Positions 41,791-56,180 of a stretch of 64,000 bases of DNA are shown here, in pieces. The stretch spans positions 259,842,001 through 259,906,000 of the forward strand of contig OZ024740.1 of the NCBI GenBank assembly GCA_964016885.1. The letters run 5' to 3'. Positions within the stretch are counted from its first letter, which is position 1. The number at the start of each line of letters is the position of its first letter. Below the pieces are notes generated by a model. It saw only the letters and a list, made by a program, of their open reading frames with translations. It had not been told where the DNA came from and did not search any database. Source of the DNA: Eledone cirrhosa. Taxonomy: Eukaryota. Both the position numbers and the translations under genes were made by a program.

Positions 41791-44078
41791 TGCAACGTGA
41801 GGACCAAAAACGTGAGGTTTTCAGGATTGATAGACAATGTGTCAAGGAAAACCCGTGATATTGTCGGGGAGAAGTGTGTCCGTAATGATAATAGTGTACT
41901 TGCGCTCACTGATACTGATAACAAGATAGCCTGGAAGTGTCACTACGAAAGGCTACTTAATGAGGAGAATAAATGGGAAAAAGAGTCTGCCCCAAATCGA
42001 TCCACTAGAAGGACCAGCGGTGCAAGTTAAATGTAGTATAATAAGTAAGGCAATCAAAGATATGAAGACAGGCAAGGCAGCTGGGCCTTCGAAGATAGTT
42101 GCTGAGATGTTGAAGGCATCTGGTATGGTGGTACACACTATGGTCACCCGTATAGTTAACCAAGTAATACAGAATGGGGTCATACCGAATGACTGGCGTA
42201 GCAGCATCATCATTAACTGTTACAAGGGTAAAGGGGATGTTCTAGATAGGGGAAACTATAGAGGCATTAAGTTAATCGACCAGGTCATGAAGGTCACAGA
42301 AAGAGTTATAGCGCAACTAATCAGAGAGCGAATTGATCTAGATGAAATGCAGTTTGGGTTTGTGTCAGGTAAAAGTACCACAGACGCTCTTTTCCTTGTA
42401 CGACAACTACAAGAGAAGTACCTAGCTAAAAGTAAACCCCTCTACTTAGCTTTTGTAGACCTGGAGAAAGCTTTTGACAGAGTCCCCTGATCCATTATCT
42501 GGTGGGCTCTTAGAAAACTAGGTGTAGATGAATGGCTTGTGAGAGCTATACAAGCTATGTATAATGAACAGTCAGTAAGGTTCGAATTAACAATGAATAT
42601 TGTGAAGAATTTAGTGTAAAAGTTGGCATTCATCAAGGCTCTGTCTTTAGCCCCCTCTTATTTATTGAACTCCTCTGTTATAGCCCTTCAGGCTATAACA
42701 GAGGAGTTCAAGACTGGCTGCCCATGGGAACTCCTATACGCAGATCTAATGCTCATAGCTGAATCAATGGCTGAACTAGAGAAGAAATTCGAAACATGGA
42801 AGCATGGCCGAGAATCAAAAGGCCTTAAAGTTAACTTGTCTAAGACTAAAGTTCTAGTTTGTAGAAAGGAAAATAGGGCACAGGTGCCCTCAGGGAAATG
42901 GCCATGCTCAGTGTGTAGGAAAGGAGTAGGCAGAAATTCCATTTTATGTCCCAAATGCAAAGTACGGGTACATAAAAGATGTAGTGGGATCACAGGTAAA
43001 CTATCTAAGAATGTAGACTTTATATGTGGCCAATGCTCAGGTGCAATAAGATAAGTAGCAAGTGTTCAAAGGATACTAGCTCCTTCCATTGCCCAGATGG
43101 TTCTATAGAAATAGTAAACACTTTCCGTTACCTGGGTGACAAAATCAGCAGTGGTGGAGGGTGTTCTGAAAGTACAGTAGCCAGAGTCAGAACGGGATGG
43201 AAAAAGGTCAGAGAGCTTATACCGCTGGCCACAAAAGGTTTCTCTCTAAAAATGAAAGGCAGATTGTATGATGCCTGTATACGAACAGCAATGCTACATG
43301 GCAGTGAGACATGGGCATTATGTGCAGAGGACCTGCGTAGACTGGAAAGGAACGAAGCATGCATGCTCCGTTGGATGTGTAATAGTAATATACGTGAACG
43401 GCAAAGCATAAATGAACTAAGTGAGAAATTAGGAATAAGAGGGATCAGATGCTGTTTACTTGAGAGAAGACTACGTTGGTATGGTCACGTGATGCGCATG
43501 AAAGACGACAGCTGCATAAAAAAGTGCAGGGCGATCAATATTGATGGTAGTTACAGAGTAGGTAGACCCAGAAAAATCTGGGATGATCTAATAAATTCCG
43601 ACCTCACACACTTACATCACTCTAAGACAATGTCTCTGGACCGAGATCTTTGGCGCTACGCAGTAATACAGAAAACTCGCCTTGCCTATGTACAAAGTGA
43701 AACCTACAGTCAGTAGGCACCTCTTAACCAAATATACACCCAATCCACTACCCCTACCCTATCCTCCCACTCGCACCAACAGCATGAGAAAATGAGATCG
43801 AGTTCGTGTAGGTGTCACGACAAAAAAAACAAAAAAAAACACACACAGTCCACGCTGTAATGTGGCTGTGTAGATAACACGGTAAAAAGTTCCCAGTTCC
43901 ACACTGTAAATGTGGTTGGTGTTAGGAAGGGCATCCAGCCGTAGAAAACCTGCCAGATAGTCCTATATGAGCGAGACACAGTCACCCAACCAGCCTTGCC
44001 TCAAGTGGGACAACTCCTGTCTAACCCAAGCTAGCATGGAAAATGGACGTTAAACGAAGATGATGATGATGATGATGA
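41790..44078 (+). mobile_element. 5'-truncated, frameshifted RTE LINE, subfamily A
   Basis: Colinear with 23403-25797 including the PHD finger and 3' UTR; stops and frameshifts present. Confidence 0.92.
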
Positions 44079-44105
44079 TATACTCTTTTAACCATCTTGT
44101 GATCT

Positions 44106-44147
<42 letters not shown>

Positions 44148-46060
44148 CAGGAAACAAAAAACAAAACAATGCATAATCTTAGTAACCTAGTTGCTTTAAT
44201 TTAAAAGCAGATCGTTAAACAGTGAAAAAGTAAATAATAATAAATAAATAAATAAATAAAATGAACAAAACATTATTCTTTAAATTTTTTCCTGTAAATT
44301 TGTGATTCATGATTCTGAAACAACCGTTCTTCTCTAACAAAAACCAATAATTACTTGGAATCAAGTTTGAAACAAATATACACTAACACATAAAATAATA
44401 ATAATAATAATGATGATGGTGAGGATGAGAGTGAAAATGGAAAGAAAATAAAGTGATAAAAAAATGGAAGAACACAGCAATATCAAGTGAAAAATTTGTA
44501 TAAAAGACAAATTGTCTTTTAATGCTACATTATTATGGTGTAGTTTAGAGCTCATTCTCAATACTGTCAGAGAATAAAAATTTAGATAGATGAAGTATGC
44601 ATAAATAAATATGTATATCATCATCATCACCTTTTTATTCCCCCTTTTCCATGCTGCCATGGGCTCATATGTTTTAGTTTGACATAGTTTTGGTGCCAAC
44701 AACATTACAGTGAGGGTGGGGGGAATTTTATCATGGCATCAGCAAAACCACTTTACAGATTGAGCTGGGTGTATTTTATCATGGTACCAATGCCACCTCT
44801 AGCAGAGTGTACTTGTGAATTTCAGAGTGGCATTAGCAGTAATGCATTTGTTGGGTCTTTAGCTGAACAGAGAGGAGCAGAGAGGAGATGGTGGGGAAGA
44901 TGTGTGCATGAGAAGGGTGGCACTGTATGAGGATCAGCAGGAGAAGGAAGGAGAGGGAAAGTGAAAGGCAGTGTCATGTTCTAAGGGAACATCACTGAGG
45001 AAGAGAAGGGTAGAGAGTGTGAAAACAAGTGCTGGGTCATGGTGAGATCTGAGTGAGACATCACTGAGGAAGAGAAGGTAGAGAGTGAGAGAACAAGTTC
45101 TGGGTCATGAGGAAGGCTGAGAGGAACATCAATGAGAGAGAGGGGTGGGGAGAAGAAAAAGAGAGAGAGAGATAGAGTGAGAGGGTAGGAAGAGCTGTTG
45201 TCAAGATTTAAGTCAACAGCTAATCTAGATTTAATCAGTTAAGCACCACCTCAACTAATTACTAAACCACACTAATCTAGAATCATTTTTCACCATTTTA
45301 TAACTCCATATTTCAGAGCAACAATAGAAAGGGGTTTGATCTTTTATTACTAGAATGCCTGAAACCACCCTCATTCCATGACTTTATAACAAAAATGTTT
45401 ACATTTATCATAATTTTATATAGCAAGATAAAAGGCCACCATTACATCTGTAAAATGGCTGGTGATAGGAGAGAAATTCAGCCATAGAAACCATATAAAA
45501 TTAACAGTTGAGAGGACTCTTCAATTGTGTCAAAGATTTAAATTGTTTATATTTACTTAAACACATTCCATAACAATTTTATGTAAAAACCTTTAAGTTA
45601 CATTCCAAATTGAAAAAAATTGGAAGGAGAAAAGAAAAAGCAGGTGTATACACACACAATATTGGGAAAAGGTCATATGATCCACATTATTGTTAACAGT
45701 AGTGATGATGGCAGGAGAAAGCAAACATCAGTATTAACATAAGGATATGGGCAGAAGAATTTGGGTGAGAATGAAAACAGAGATGACAAAGGACCATGTA
45801 TGTGACAAATGGAAAAATACCTATATAACAATGATGACAATGATGATGGAGGATGGTAACAGTGATGATGATTGCCAATAATGAAAGCATAATATAAAAA
45901 ACTTCGCATTTGTAGAGAGAATAACTAAATCACGTGAAGCAATGTGACCTGTCATGTGTGGGCAACCTGTTACAGAATAATAATAATATATATATATATA
46001 AAGATATTATTTCCAATTCCATCCCGCCCGTCCCTTCAATCTATTTTATTTCTCATTCTT

Positions 46061-46096
46061 TCTTCTGATGAAGGACTAGCGTCCGAAACGTTAAGA
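46061..46096 (+). ncRNA. Minimal type I hammerhead ribozyme
   Basis: tctt-CTGATGA-a-ggac(tagc)gtcc-GAAA-cg-TT-aaga; palindromic aacgtt stem III. Confidence 0.7.
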
Positions 46097-46179
46097 CCCT
46101 CTTCCTGCTATATCAAGCATTAACCTAATATATACCTTCCATATACTGTACCAATTTGTTGTTATTTCTGTTTACCTTT

Positions 46180-46237
<58 letters not shown>

Positions 46238-46403
46238 TAGATAGATAAATATACACGGGTGTGTATGATTGTGTATAGAAGATTATATTAATAAAAGGAA
46301 TTCCAACTTTGTCTGATTTACTCGTTTTATTTACAATCCTTTAAAATTTATAATGGTATTAGAATGAAATAATATGGTATAATATTAAATGTTAAGTGTT
46401 AAC

Positions 46404-46442
46404 TGAACAAGTACTTTCATGCTTTCGCAATCTTCAGGTTCA
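46404..46442 (-). ncRNA. Minimal type I hammerhead ribozyme
   Basis: Minus strand tgaac-CTGAAGA-ttgc(gaaa)gcat-GAAA-gtac-TT-gttca; first pair of stem II mismatched. Confidence 0.65.
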
Positions 46443-46480
46443 TATTGTGAGGTGACAGTCAAGTTTGCAATTATATATAT

Positions 46481-47310
46481 ATCATCATCATTTTACGTCC
46501 GCTTTTCCCTGCTTGCAAGGGTTGGACGGGTCCTATTCAACACAGCATCTCTCCACTTGTCACGGTCCTTCGTCATCTCCTCAGTGTGTTTCAGCAATCT
46601 GAAGTCTGCTCTCACCACCTCCGCCCATGTTTTTCGTGGTCTACCTCTACTGCGTCTTCCTTCTACTGGGATTTCTTGGCACTTCTTTACTCAGCGGTCA
46701 TCCTTCATGCGCATCACATGTCCATACCATCTCAGCCTTCTCTCCTGCACACCACAACTTATCCCTCTTATACACAGTTTCTTTCTCAACTCGTCTATGC
46801 TTGGTCTTCACGCACATTGGCATTGCACATCCAACGGAGCATACGTGCTTCATTTCTCTCCAGCCATCGCATATCTTCTGCAGTTGCTGCCCATGTCTCA
46901 CTAACATGCAGCATTGCGCATTTCACACAGGTATCATATAACCGTCCTTTCGTATGTAGGGAGAAACCCTTCTTTGTCAACAGAGGAAACAGCTCACTAA
47001 ACTTCTTCCGACCCGTGCTCATTCTAGATACTATGGCCTCGGAAAACCCGCCTCCCATGCTAATCTGATCACCTAGGTACTGGAAGCTATCAACCACTTC
47101 TATAGAACCCACCTGCATTGGAAAAATGTGTCTATCACTGCGATCGATTACTACTGCCAACTTTCCCTGTACATCTACTGCATACGTAGTTTTCCCTACC
47201 TGTTAGTTTGCCTGTTATCCCACTACATCTCGTGTACCCAAGATCTGCATTGCGTACATTTTATGGAATTTATGCCAGTTCCTTTCCTACATATCGAACA
47301 TGGCCATTGC
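46481..47310 (-). mobile_element. 5'-truncated RTE LINE, subfamily B
   Basis: Reverse-complement match to ~61055-61836, including the PHD finger region and tail. Confidence 0.88.
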
Positions 47311-47914
47311 ACGATATAACATTATTAATAATTATCAATTAATGTTATCATGCAATGCCTGTGCATGAAGATTTTTTTTGTAACACCCTGCAGGACAAGC
47401 AACAAAACCTGGCAAAGGGCGGAAGAACTCATAAGAGTCAACGGCCATCCCAAAATGTGTCAATATGTATATACATGTATCCATATGTATATATATTAAT
47501 ATATATACATGTATGCATGTGTATGTATATGCACAGGGACATAGAAATAATCAGGCTGGCTATTCAATCGCGCAGTTAAATCACTGGGATTGAAGGACCC
47601 CTAGCCTTTGTCAGGGTATTCTTCTAGAAGGTAACTCAGGAAACTGGGATAACTCCAACATAAAACCTGCGGCTCAGTTACATACATATATATATATACA
47701 TACATACTGATTTTTAAGGTTTGTTTAAGCAAACAATAGCTATTCATTGGTAGGTCTGCCAAAATGGTCAGGTGTCTAGAATCACCCATGCACACGCACA
47801 TACCCTCATTGAGTACTTTACTTACTGTGGTTACCCCGATTGAACCCAGGATAAACTTATATATATATATATATATATCGAGTTGGAGCCATCATATATA
47901 TATATATATATATA

Positions 47915-48381
47915 ATGGCTGCAACTCAATTTCAAGTAATGCCATCGTTTGATACTTAAGCATGAGCATCACAGACGTGGCTTCCTAGTCCTGCTAGGGA
48001 CACGCCTATGGTCAGAAATGCCATGCATCGCAGAAAATGTCACATATCAGGCGATGCCTGTGCTTGAAGTTTTTTTAAGTGAGGAAAGACTTTGTACAGG
48101 GCCAATCCCACTCTCTGAACATCGAATGCATTTGCCCAAAAAGAAGAACTGGTCTATATCATTGGATGAAAATGAAGTCGCAGGTTTTATATCAGAGTAA
48201 CCTTCTCCAAGAAAGATGTCTTAACTTCACTAAAAAAAAAACTTTATTGGATGGTCATTGACTCTCCTGAGTTCCTCCACTCTTTGACGGGCTTTGTTTT
48301 TCCTTCCACAGGATGTTCAAAATCACCTCTTCAGCCAGCGACTTGGTTAGGCTGCAGGTTTAGTTGTTGATGACCCGACCA
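47915..48381 (-). mobile_element. Decayed non-autonomous RTE derivative (relative of 32661-33213)
   Basis: Shared termini and internal ctttgac...caggatgt.caaa.tcacc block. Confidence 0.55.
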
Positions 48382-48802
48382 TGCACAGGCTGTACTGAGT
48401 TATATGTTACATACACATACATAAATTGTTACTCATTTATTAGGTGTAAATCAGCTCAATGCAATGATAAGATCATGCAGAGCTATTATATAGTTAGTGT
48501 GGGGGATTGTAGATATTAGGATATTGCTACTAATTGGATTATTATTGTTGCTGCGAGTGTTAACATCATTTATATTTATAGAGTTAGATGTAATTTGTAT
48601 GTTATTCATATTCAAAGTACCAGGTAGTGGGTTATTGATATTTTTTGAAGGGTTATTTTGGTTGGATGTAATCAACAGCTGTGTGTTATTCATTTTAAAG
48701 GATTTGGTGTTTCCGCATACTTCCACACTGGCCAGCGTATACTTATGTACATGCCTAAATCCTATAACAATACTTTTAATGTTCTCATCATTATTATTAC
48801 CT

Positions 48803-48990
48803 TGTGGATTAGCAGTATCGGTAGAGGGTCGGACGCCATGCTTTGCAGCATGAGTTACGGCCCTTTATGGTCTGAGTTCAAATTCCGCCAAGGTTAACTT
48901 TGCCTTTCATCCTTACTGGGTCGATAAAATAAAGTACTAATAATGTACTGGGTAATTGCTGGCCTTGTGCCAAAAGTAGAAACAATTATT
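48803..48990 (+). mobile_element. SINE family 2 copy
   Basis: Matches 13021-13206. Confidence 0.85.
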
Positions 48991-49289
48991 ATCTTATCGC
49001 TACCACAATACCTTCAGTTTTTTTTCCGTTTAATCAATTTGCTTTTTTCACATCATTTTCAAAATTGGTAGCTCGAAATAATTCAGCTACCTCTAAATAG
49101 AATATTAGTCTAATGATTTTTTTTCATAGCAAGAAATTGTTCTTCATGCTCCACATAATGATGTAATTATCCTTGCATATTTTTCGTCCATCACCAGAGA
49201 ATGTCTTCACGAACCAATGTTATGTCTTCCTGTTTTCTTTTGGTTGTAACTACAGATTAAATTTTCTCAGTTTCAGAAAATCCCATAAT

Positions 49290-50745
49290 AAGTGCAGCAG
49301 CATCATTGTCAACTGCTACAAGGGTAAAGGAGATGCACTAGATAGAGGAAACTATAGAGGTTGAATGTAACAGAAAGAGTTATAGCACAGTTGATTAGGG
49401 ACTGGGTAAAACTAGATGGGATGCAGTTTGGGTTTGTGCCAGGAAAAGGCACCACTGATGTTCTCTTCCTTGTGAGGCAATTTCAGGAAAAGTACCTAGC
49501 TAAATGTACACCACTATACCTGGCATTTGTCGATCTGGAAAAAGCCTTCGACAGAGTGCCTCGTGCTATAATTTGGTGGGCTCTTAAAAAACTGGGAGTA
49601 GATGAATGGCTTTTGAAAGCTGTACAAGCCATTTATAGTGGAGCAGCCAGCCAAGTTAGGGTTAACAATGACTATAGCAAGGAATTTAGCATACAGGTCG
49701 GTGTCCACCAGGATACTGTTCTTAGCCCTCTCCTGTTTATTATAGTATTGCAGGCTATAACATAGGAGTTTAAGACCGGATGCCGATGGGAACTCCTGTA
49801 TGCAGATGATCTTACGCTCATAGCTGAATCTATGGTGGAACTGAAGAAGAAATACCAAACATGGAAACAGGGACTAGAAAGAAAGGGTCTCAAAGTCAGC
49901 CTGACAAAGGCTAAGGTCCTCGTAAATAGATGAGAAAACAGAACCCAGATCCCCTCAGGGAAATGGCCTTGCTCAGTATGTAGGAAAGGTGTAGGTAGGA
50001 ATTGATTACTCTGCCCCAAATGCAAACAATGGGTATACAAGTGATGTAGTGGGATCTAAGGAAGCTTAGTTAAGAATGTAGGCTTCACATGTAGCAGCTG
50101 CGCTGGGACAGTAAACAAGAAACGGCCACAGGAAACAAGCACTACCAAACTCTGGGTGGGCTCTGTAGAAACAGTAGACAGCTTCTGCTACCTAGGTGAC
50201 CGAATTAGCAGCGGAAGTCGGTGTTCTGAAAGTACAGTAACCAGGGTAAGAACAGGATAACAGTTCAAGGAGCTACTACCACTGCTAGCTACAAAAGGCT
50301 TTTCCTTCAAAATGAAAGGCAGACTGTATGATGTGTGCATACGAACATCAATGTTACATGGTAGTGAGACCTGGGCATTGTGTGTAGAAGACTTGCATAG
50401 ATTAGAAAGAAATAAAGCTTGCATGCTCCGATGGATGTGTAATAGTAATATACATGAACAGCAAAGCATAAATGAATTGAGAGAAAGACTGAGCATAAGA
50501 GAAATCAAATGCTGTGTGCAGGAGAGGAGGTTGCGCTGGTATGGACATGTGATGCGTATGAAGGATGACAGCTGCATAAAAAGGCGCAAAGCACTAAAGG
50601 TCGAAGGAAGCCTTGGAGTAGGGAGACCCAAGAAGACCTGGGATGAAGTGATAAAAGCTGACCTTGCCTGATTGCACCTCTCAAAGGCCATGCAAGGACC
50701 GTGATCTCTGGCATCATACAGTAATACAGAAGACCTGACTTCCAA
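49290..50745 (+). mobile_element. Older decayed RTE LINE fragment (PHD-bearing lineage)
   Basis: [32 protein letters not shown]; multiple stops. Confidence 0.88.
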
Positions 50746-51084
50746 TGGGTACAAGCCGAAGCTGAAGCATATAGAGTCTATATGCTTCACCTTCTGTAAG
50801 TGCCTATAAGTTTTTAAAAGTAAAAAAACCAGCATTTCGATCCCAATTACAATCTGCTTACCACAATTACGCAGTGTTTAATTTATTTTCAGTACATTTA
50901 CCAAAAAATAACCAAATACATCTTTTTGTATTCATTTGTAACACCCGTTGTTGTGCTGTCTTTTTTTAAATATGTTTGTCTACTTATATAAATATCAGTA
51001 ATATGGGGGGGGGGGGTTGAAAAATCAGGACGTCTTGAAGATTGGATAAAAAAAGGTTGAGAACCTATGATATAGACAATATGC

Positions 51085-51318
51085 TCCCACCCCCTCCCAC
51101 TGCAAAGTGGTCGTGGAGGTGTCACAACAAAAAAAGCACCTAGTACTCACTGTAAATAAGATTGGTGTTAGGAAGAGCATCCAGCTGTAGAAATCAAGCC
51201 AAAATCAGTTCCCGTATGAACAAGACAAGGTCACCTGACCTGGCACTGCCCACAATAGGACAACCTGTCTAACCCATGCTAGCGTGGAAGAATGGATGTA
51301 AAACGGTGATGATGATAA

Positions 51319-51322
<4 letters not shown>
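51085..51322 (+). mobile_element. SINE/RTE 3' module with (gat)n tail
   Basis: ggtgttaggaagagcatccagc...acccatgctagcgtggaag. Confidence 0.75.
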
Positions 51323-51370
<48 letters not shown>

Positions 51371-53984
51371 AGTTATTTACACCGGTAAATAACACTTTTT
51401 CTAAATGACTTTTGATGAAAATATTTGAAATGCACCAACCCTATAGAATAAGGTTTTCTTTAGAACCTGATTAGAAAAACAAGAGGTAACTTTGAAGATC
51501 ATACATATCTGTAAAAAGATTTTTACTGCATTAATTTAATCTTATTTTGCACTTATAAGAGATCTTTGACTATATGAGATCTTCTAAATATTATCAAATC
51601 TTTCTATGATAAATAACGAAAAACACTGCCACATATCCTTTAAAATCCTTTTTAACAACCCCTGCTGTAACCAATTAACAGACCTAAGGTATTTTAACAT
51701 GCTTGTGAAAAAACACTGATAAATCTTTATTTTTTGAAGTCTAAAAACATACCTAAATTTATGCTTTACACTTGTAAATTTATAATTCCATGTTTTTAAT
51801 GCACATTGCTTTGAATCCTGTAGTATTCTTGATAATTTGTCTTATGATATTAATTTATTGTTATTTATTATTGTATATATTTCCCGAAGAGAGGCGGTTT
51901 GGGGTAGAGCACCCATAATGTAGTAAATTTATTGATAATATCCAGACTTTTCTCCACAAATGGATGGGTTACTCCAGCTGCATTGAAACGCCCATCGCGA
52001 TGTATAAATAAATAATAATAATCCTTAGTCTTGTTGAATTTTGAATTGTAAATGCTCTGCTATGGAAACTGCCCTTTATTCATCCAGTTTCTACTCGTTC
52101 CTGAAGAACGAAGGGATAAAAAAGTACATTGAACTTAACTCATCTTACCAATGAAAATAGTGAACTATTACACTATAACCTCAGAAATTACTATATGCAC
52201 AAACATACACACATATACACACACACACGTGCACATGTACAAACATATTGTGGTGCATGTAAGTATACATGCATATATAGTTGTGTAAGTAAGTAAGTAC
52301 ATACATATATGTGTGTGTGTGAAGAGAGAGAAAGAGTGTGAGAGAGGCAGAAACAGAAGGGGGTAAACCCATAAATTCTTTAGATGCAGTCAATTGTAAA
52401 AGTGTAAGAGTTGTTAACATGTTATCATGTGTGGTGAACAATGCCAAACAACACAGGATATTGGCTTTCTCCCTCACTACTTGGCTCTCTTTATTCACTC
52501 ACTTCTCTTAGAATTCCTTACCATTTTAATAACAATCTGTTGGAACTAACTGAATGACTGATACTCTGATAGACTAGAAGAGAACATAATATCAGCATTA
52601 ACTTCAATCATTTGCAAAGTTGGCAGCAATGAATGGCTTTTTTATTGTGTCTCTGTTAGTGGTGTTCAAAACCATGAAATCTACTACAGCATTTTAACAG
52701 CTCTTCATTAACCTTTTCATTAACATATTGCTAATGAAAAACACTGCCTAGAATTTCCAAATAATTTTGAAAATAATCAATAATTCGGAGGGATTTATTA
52801 ATATAACTAACTTTCTCATTTTTAAGATGGTGTTTGGAATATAAGTTTACAAGAACTTTTACAAAAAATTATGATGGAAGATTTTTAGAGGAGTTTCCTA
52901 TTGTAAAACTCGAGAGCAGTTTCAAATGGTTTGGCATCAAAAGGGTTAATAATCATCATCATCATTTAATATCTGTTCTTCCATGGTTGGATGGGTTGTC
53001 TCAGTCCGATGCAGCACTTAATCAGAGCTAATGACTCCTCAGATGGGTCAAGGGATGGGGGCACCTCCCTTACATACTGCACTTTAAAAAGTGTATTGGA
53101 TGCATGCTTTTCATGGTAATAACACTAACAAGGTTGTCATGTCTTTAGCATAAGTGAAGTGTCCTCTCAACCCTATGTTTGACAATAATAATAGTTTCCA
53201 ACTATATCAAGTATTATACTTATATACCATCACTGTATTGGATTTTTCTCCTGTATTGTTTTTCCTTGTCGACTTTACACATATGAACAGTAAGATGTAA
53301 TTAATACATTGTATTTTATTTTTTTCATGTATTATATGTACTAGCAGAAAAACCATCCTTCAGGTGGTTTTCTGTTAGTATGTGTAGTGTGCATATTGAT
53401 ATTATACACAAATATATATGCATGTAAATATGATACGTCAAATAAAATCGTAATTTACAATATGCACAGAAATTGAAGAGAGACTGTGTTACACTGTCTT
53501 CTGTAATCAGTAAAGTAATCCATGATACATTTAAAAAAGACGATATTATATATAAACTGCATTATGGTGAAATGTAATGAAAACGAAAAAGGAGAAAATT
53601 AGTGACGGAAATATAAACGTTATATAACGATACAAATATATTAACATTTATATAAGTGATATGATATAGTGTCCATTATATCATAACTGGAAGTATTGAC
53701 ATTTGAAAACTTTAAAAGAAGTGAATCTTAAAATAAGCAATCATTAGATATAAAAATATTTATAATCAACAGCTACAAAATTTAGTACATAAATTATGTA
53801 ATATTCATTCATTATTTATTCAAAGTAATCCAACTTATTTTACTAATGGGATAAAAAAATATATTGGGGACACAGTCCCGCACTCCTCCCTTTATTATAT
53901 TATGATTTATCAACATATTTTGGTTTGTTTCTTTTTATAATTTACTTATTATTTCATTTAATTTTCATATGGTTCCATTCCTTT

Positions 53985-54347
53985 ACATTCTGAGTTCAAA
54001 TCCCGCTGAGGTTAGCTTTGCTTTTCATCCTTAAGGGGGGGGGGGGGTCAATAAAATAATGTACCAGTAATGCACTGGTGTCAGTTTAATCAACTTTCCC
54101 CTCCCAAAAAAGTGTTGGCCCTGTGCCTAAATCAGAAACCATTATTTCATTATTTATGCAAAAGGCGGTGGATTGGCAGTATCGGTAGAGGGTCGGACGC
54201 CATGCTTTCCAGCATAGTTACGTCCCTTTACGATCTGAGTTCAAATCCCGCCGAGGTTGACTTTCATCCTTACGGGGTCGATAAAATAAAGTACCAGTGA
54301 TGCACTGGGTAATTGCTGGCCTTGTGCCTAAAGTAGAAACAATTATT
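53985..54347 (+). mobile_element. Two adjacent SINE family 2 copies; a further decayed copy at ~54580-54730
   Basis: gagttcaaatcccgc...tttcatcctt...gtaccagt occurs twice. Confidence 0.8.
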
Positions 54348-55559
54348 TCATTTCATATTACAACACGTATTCAAATTATAACAAAATAATTTATGATAAT
54401 AGAAAAACACATTTTTGTAGGAAGGTCGGATTGGAAAATGTTTTTATATCTTGCAGGCAAAGGCCAATTTATGATGTAACCTTAATCATGCAAGACTTAC
54501 TATGATTATACAAAGTTTTACTCACTTCCAAATTATATATGCCAGAAATATTGATTTATTATTTATATATGTATAACACAGTGAATTAGCAGAGTCGCTA
54601 TAACAAGGGATAGAATGCTTTGTGGGATTTGTTCCGGTTCTCTTCTCTCTCAGTTCAAATTCAAGGTCAACTTTTCTTTTCATCCTCTCGAAGTCAATAA
54701 AAAAAAGTACCAGTCTAGTACTGGGTCGATTCTTCTATATCTCTTTCTCAATTCCTTTCTCACTTTCTTCTCACTTTCTTTTCCTTCTCTGGGAGAAATC
54801 TGCTCTATTTAGACCTGGGGAGGAGATGGGCTCTGCCAGGTTTAAAAATACCCTAAGAAACACTGTATGTTAATATGGTGCCCCTACGACTTCATCAGGA
54901 ATTATGATAATTATTATAAGACAGTTAAGAGGAGGTGTTGTAGCATTTATTCCTTTTCAAAAAGTAAACAAAGTGAGACGGTCTTAACTAAGAATCAGAA
55001 CTAGAAAATATTCCAATAGTATCATAAAATAAGATACCAAGAATTTACTTCTTAAACCCTGACTTTATATTTACTGAGCTACATTATTGATAAATCAACA
55101 TTTAGACCCATCTACAAACCCCCAACACAGAAAGAACACTACTGAATTAAACAAGAAGATTTGACATGGCTCAACCTACCAGATGCCAAAATTCCATCAA
55201 ATCACATATTTGGAGGGATTTAATAATATAACATTTTCATTATGTATCTTGTGTTTGAAGAATAACTTCAAGGTTCTTGCATAAAATTATGATGGAAGGT
55301 TTTTAGCTAAATATAAACACTTTAGAATAAAGAATTATTTGGTATCAAAACAGTCATTTAATCCTATGATTTAATATGTGGCCATATTCCTAATGAAATA
55401 CACTATTTCAATTAATTAAGAATTTTGAGTGATTTACTTGAATTATTATTTCATTACTAAGATAGTAACTTAACATATGGTTCTTATATAAAACTGTGTT
55501 AACAGATTTATATTCAGTCAGTTTGGGCCAGGGTTAAAATAAGTTACAAATCTATGAAT

Positions 55560-56180
55560 CTAGGTAACATATCTACCACACTATACAGGTAGCTTATTAT
55601 CCACTAAATTATACAGGTATGTTATCTACCACACTATACAGATAACATATCCTCCACACCATACATGTATATTATCATCATCACAATGTATTACTATTCA
55701 CCATACTATACTAGTAGCTTATACAGGTATATTATTATATTATTCATCACACTATACAGGTATATTATTATTTACTATATAGCTATATTATTATCTACCA
55801 CACTACATCATCATCATCATCGTTTAACGTCCATATTCCACGCTTGCATGGGTTTGGACGGGAGTTTTCCCACTTGAGGCAAGAGTGGTTGTCATTGCTC
55901 GCATAGGACTGTCTGGCGGATTTTCTACGGCTGGATGCCCTTCCTAACACCAACCAATGTCCAGGTATATCACTATTCACAACACTATAGAGGTAGCTTA
56001 TTATCACTACAAAATAAATGTAGCTTATCTAGTACAGTATACAGGTAGATTATTATCACCACAATGTACAGGTACATTATCATCCACCGCACCATACAGG
56101 CATATTATTATCACCACAATGTACAGGTGTATTACTATTCACCACACTATGATAATTATCTTATTCATCACTCAACGTAG
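55560..56180. repeat. Degenerate cacactatacaggtatattat minisatellite interrupted by a minus-strand RTE-A 3' end (55808-55955)
   Basis: Motif recurs many times; the insert is the reverse complement of ~20992-21140. Confidence 0.75.

Noticed and set aside
50830-51070. Complete hAT element
   Set aside because: Only one TIR-like end (ggttgagaacctatg) is visible; no partner end or TSD.
54885-54900. CTGATGA on the minus strand as a hammerhead
   Set aside because: No matching stem II or GAAA box found.
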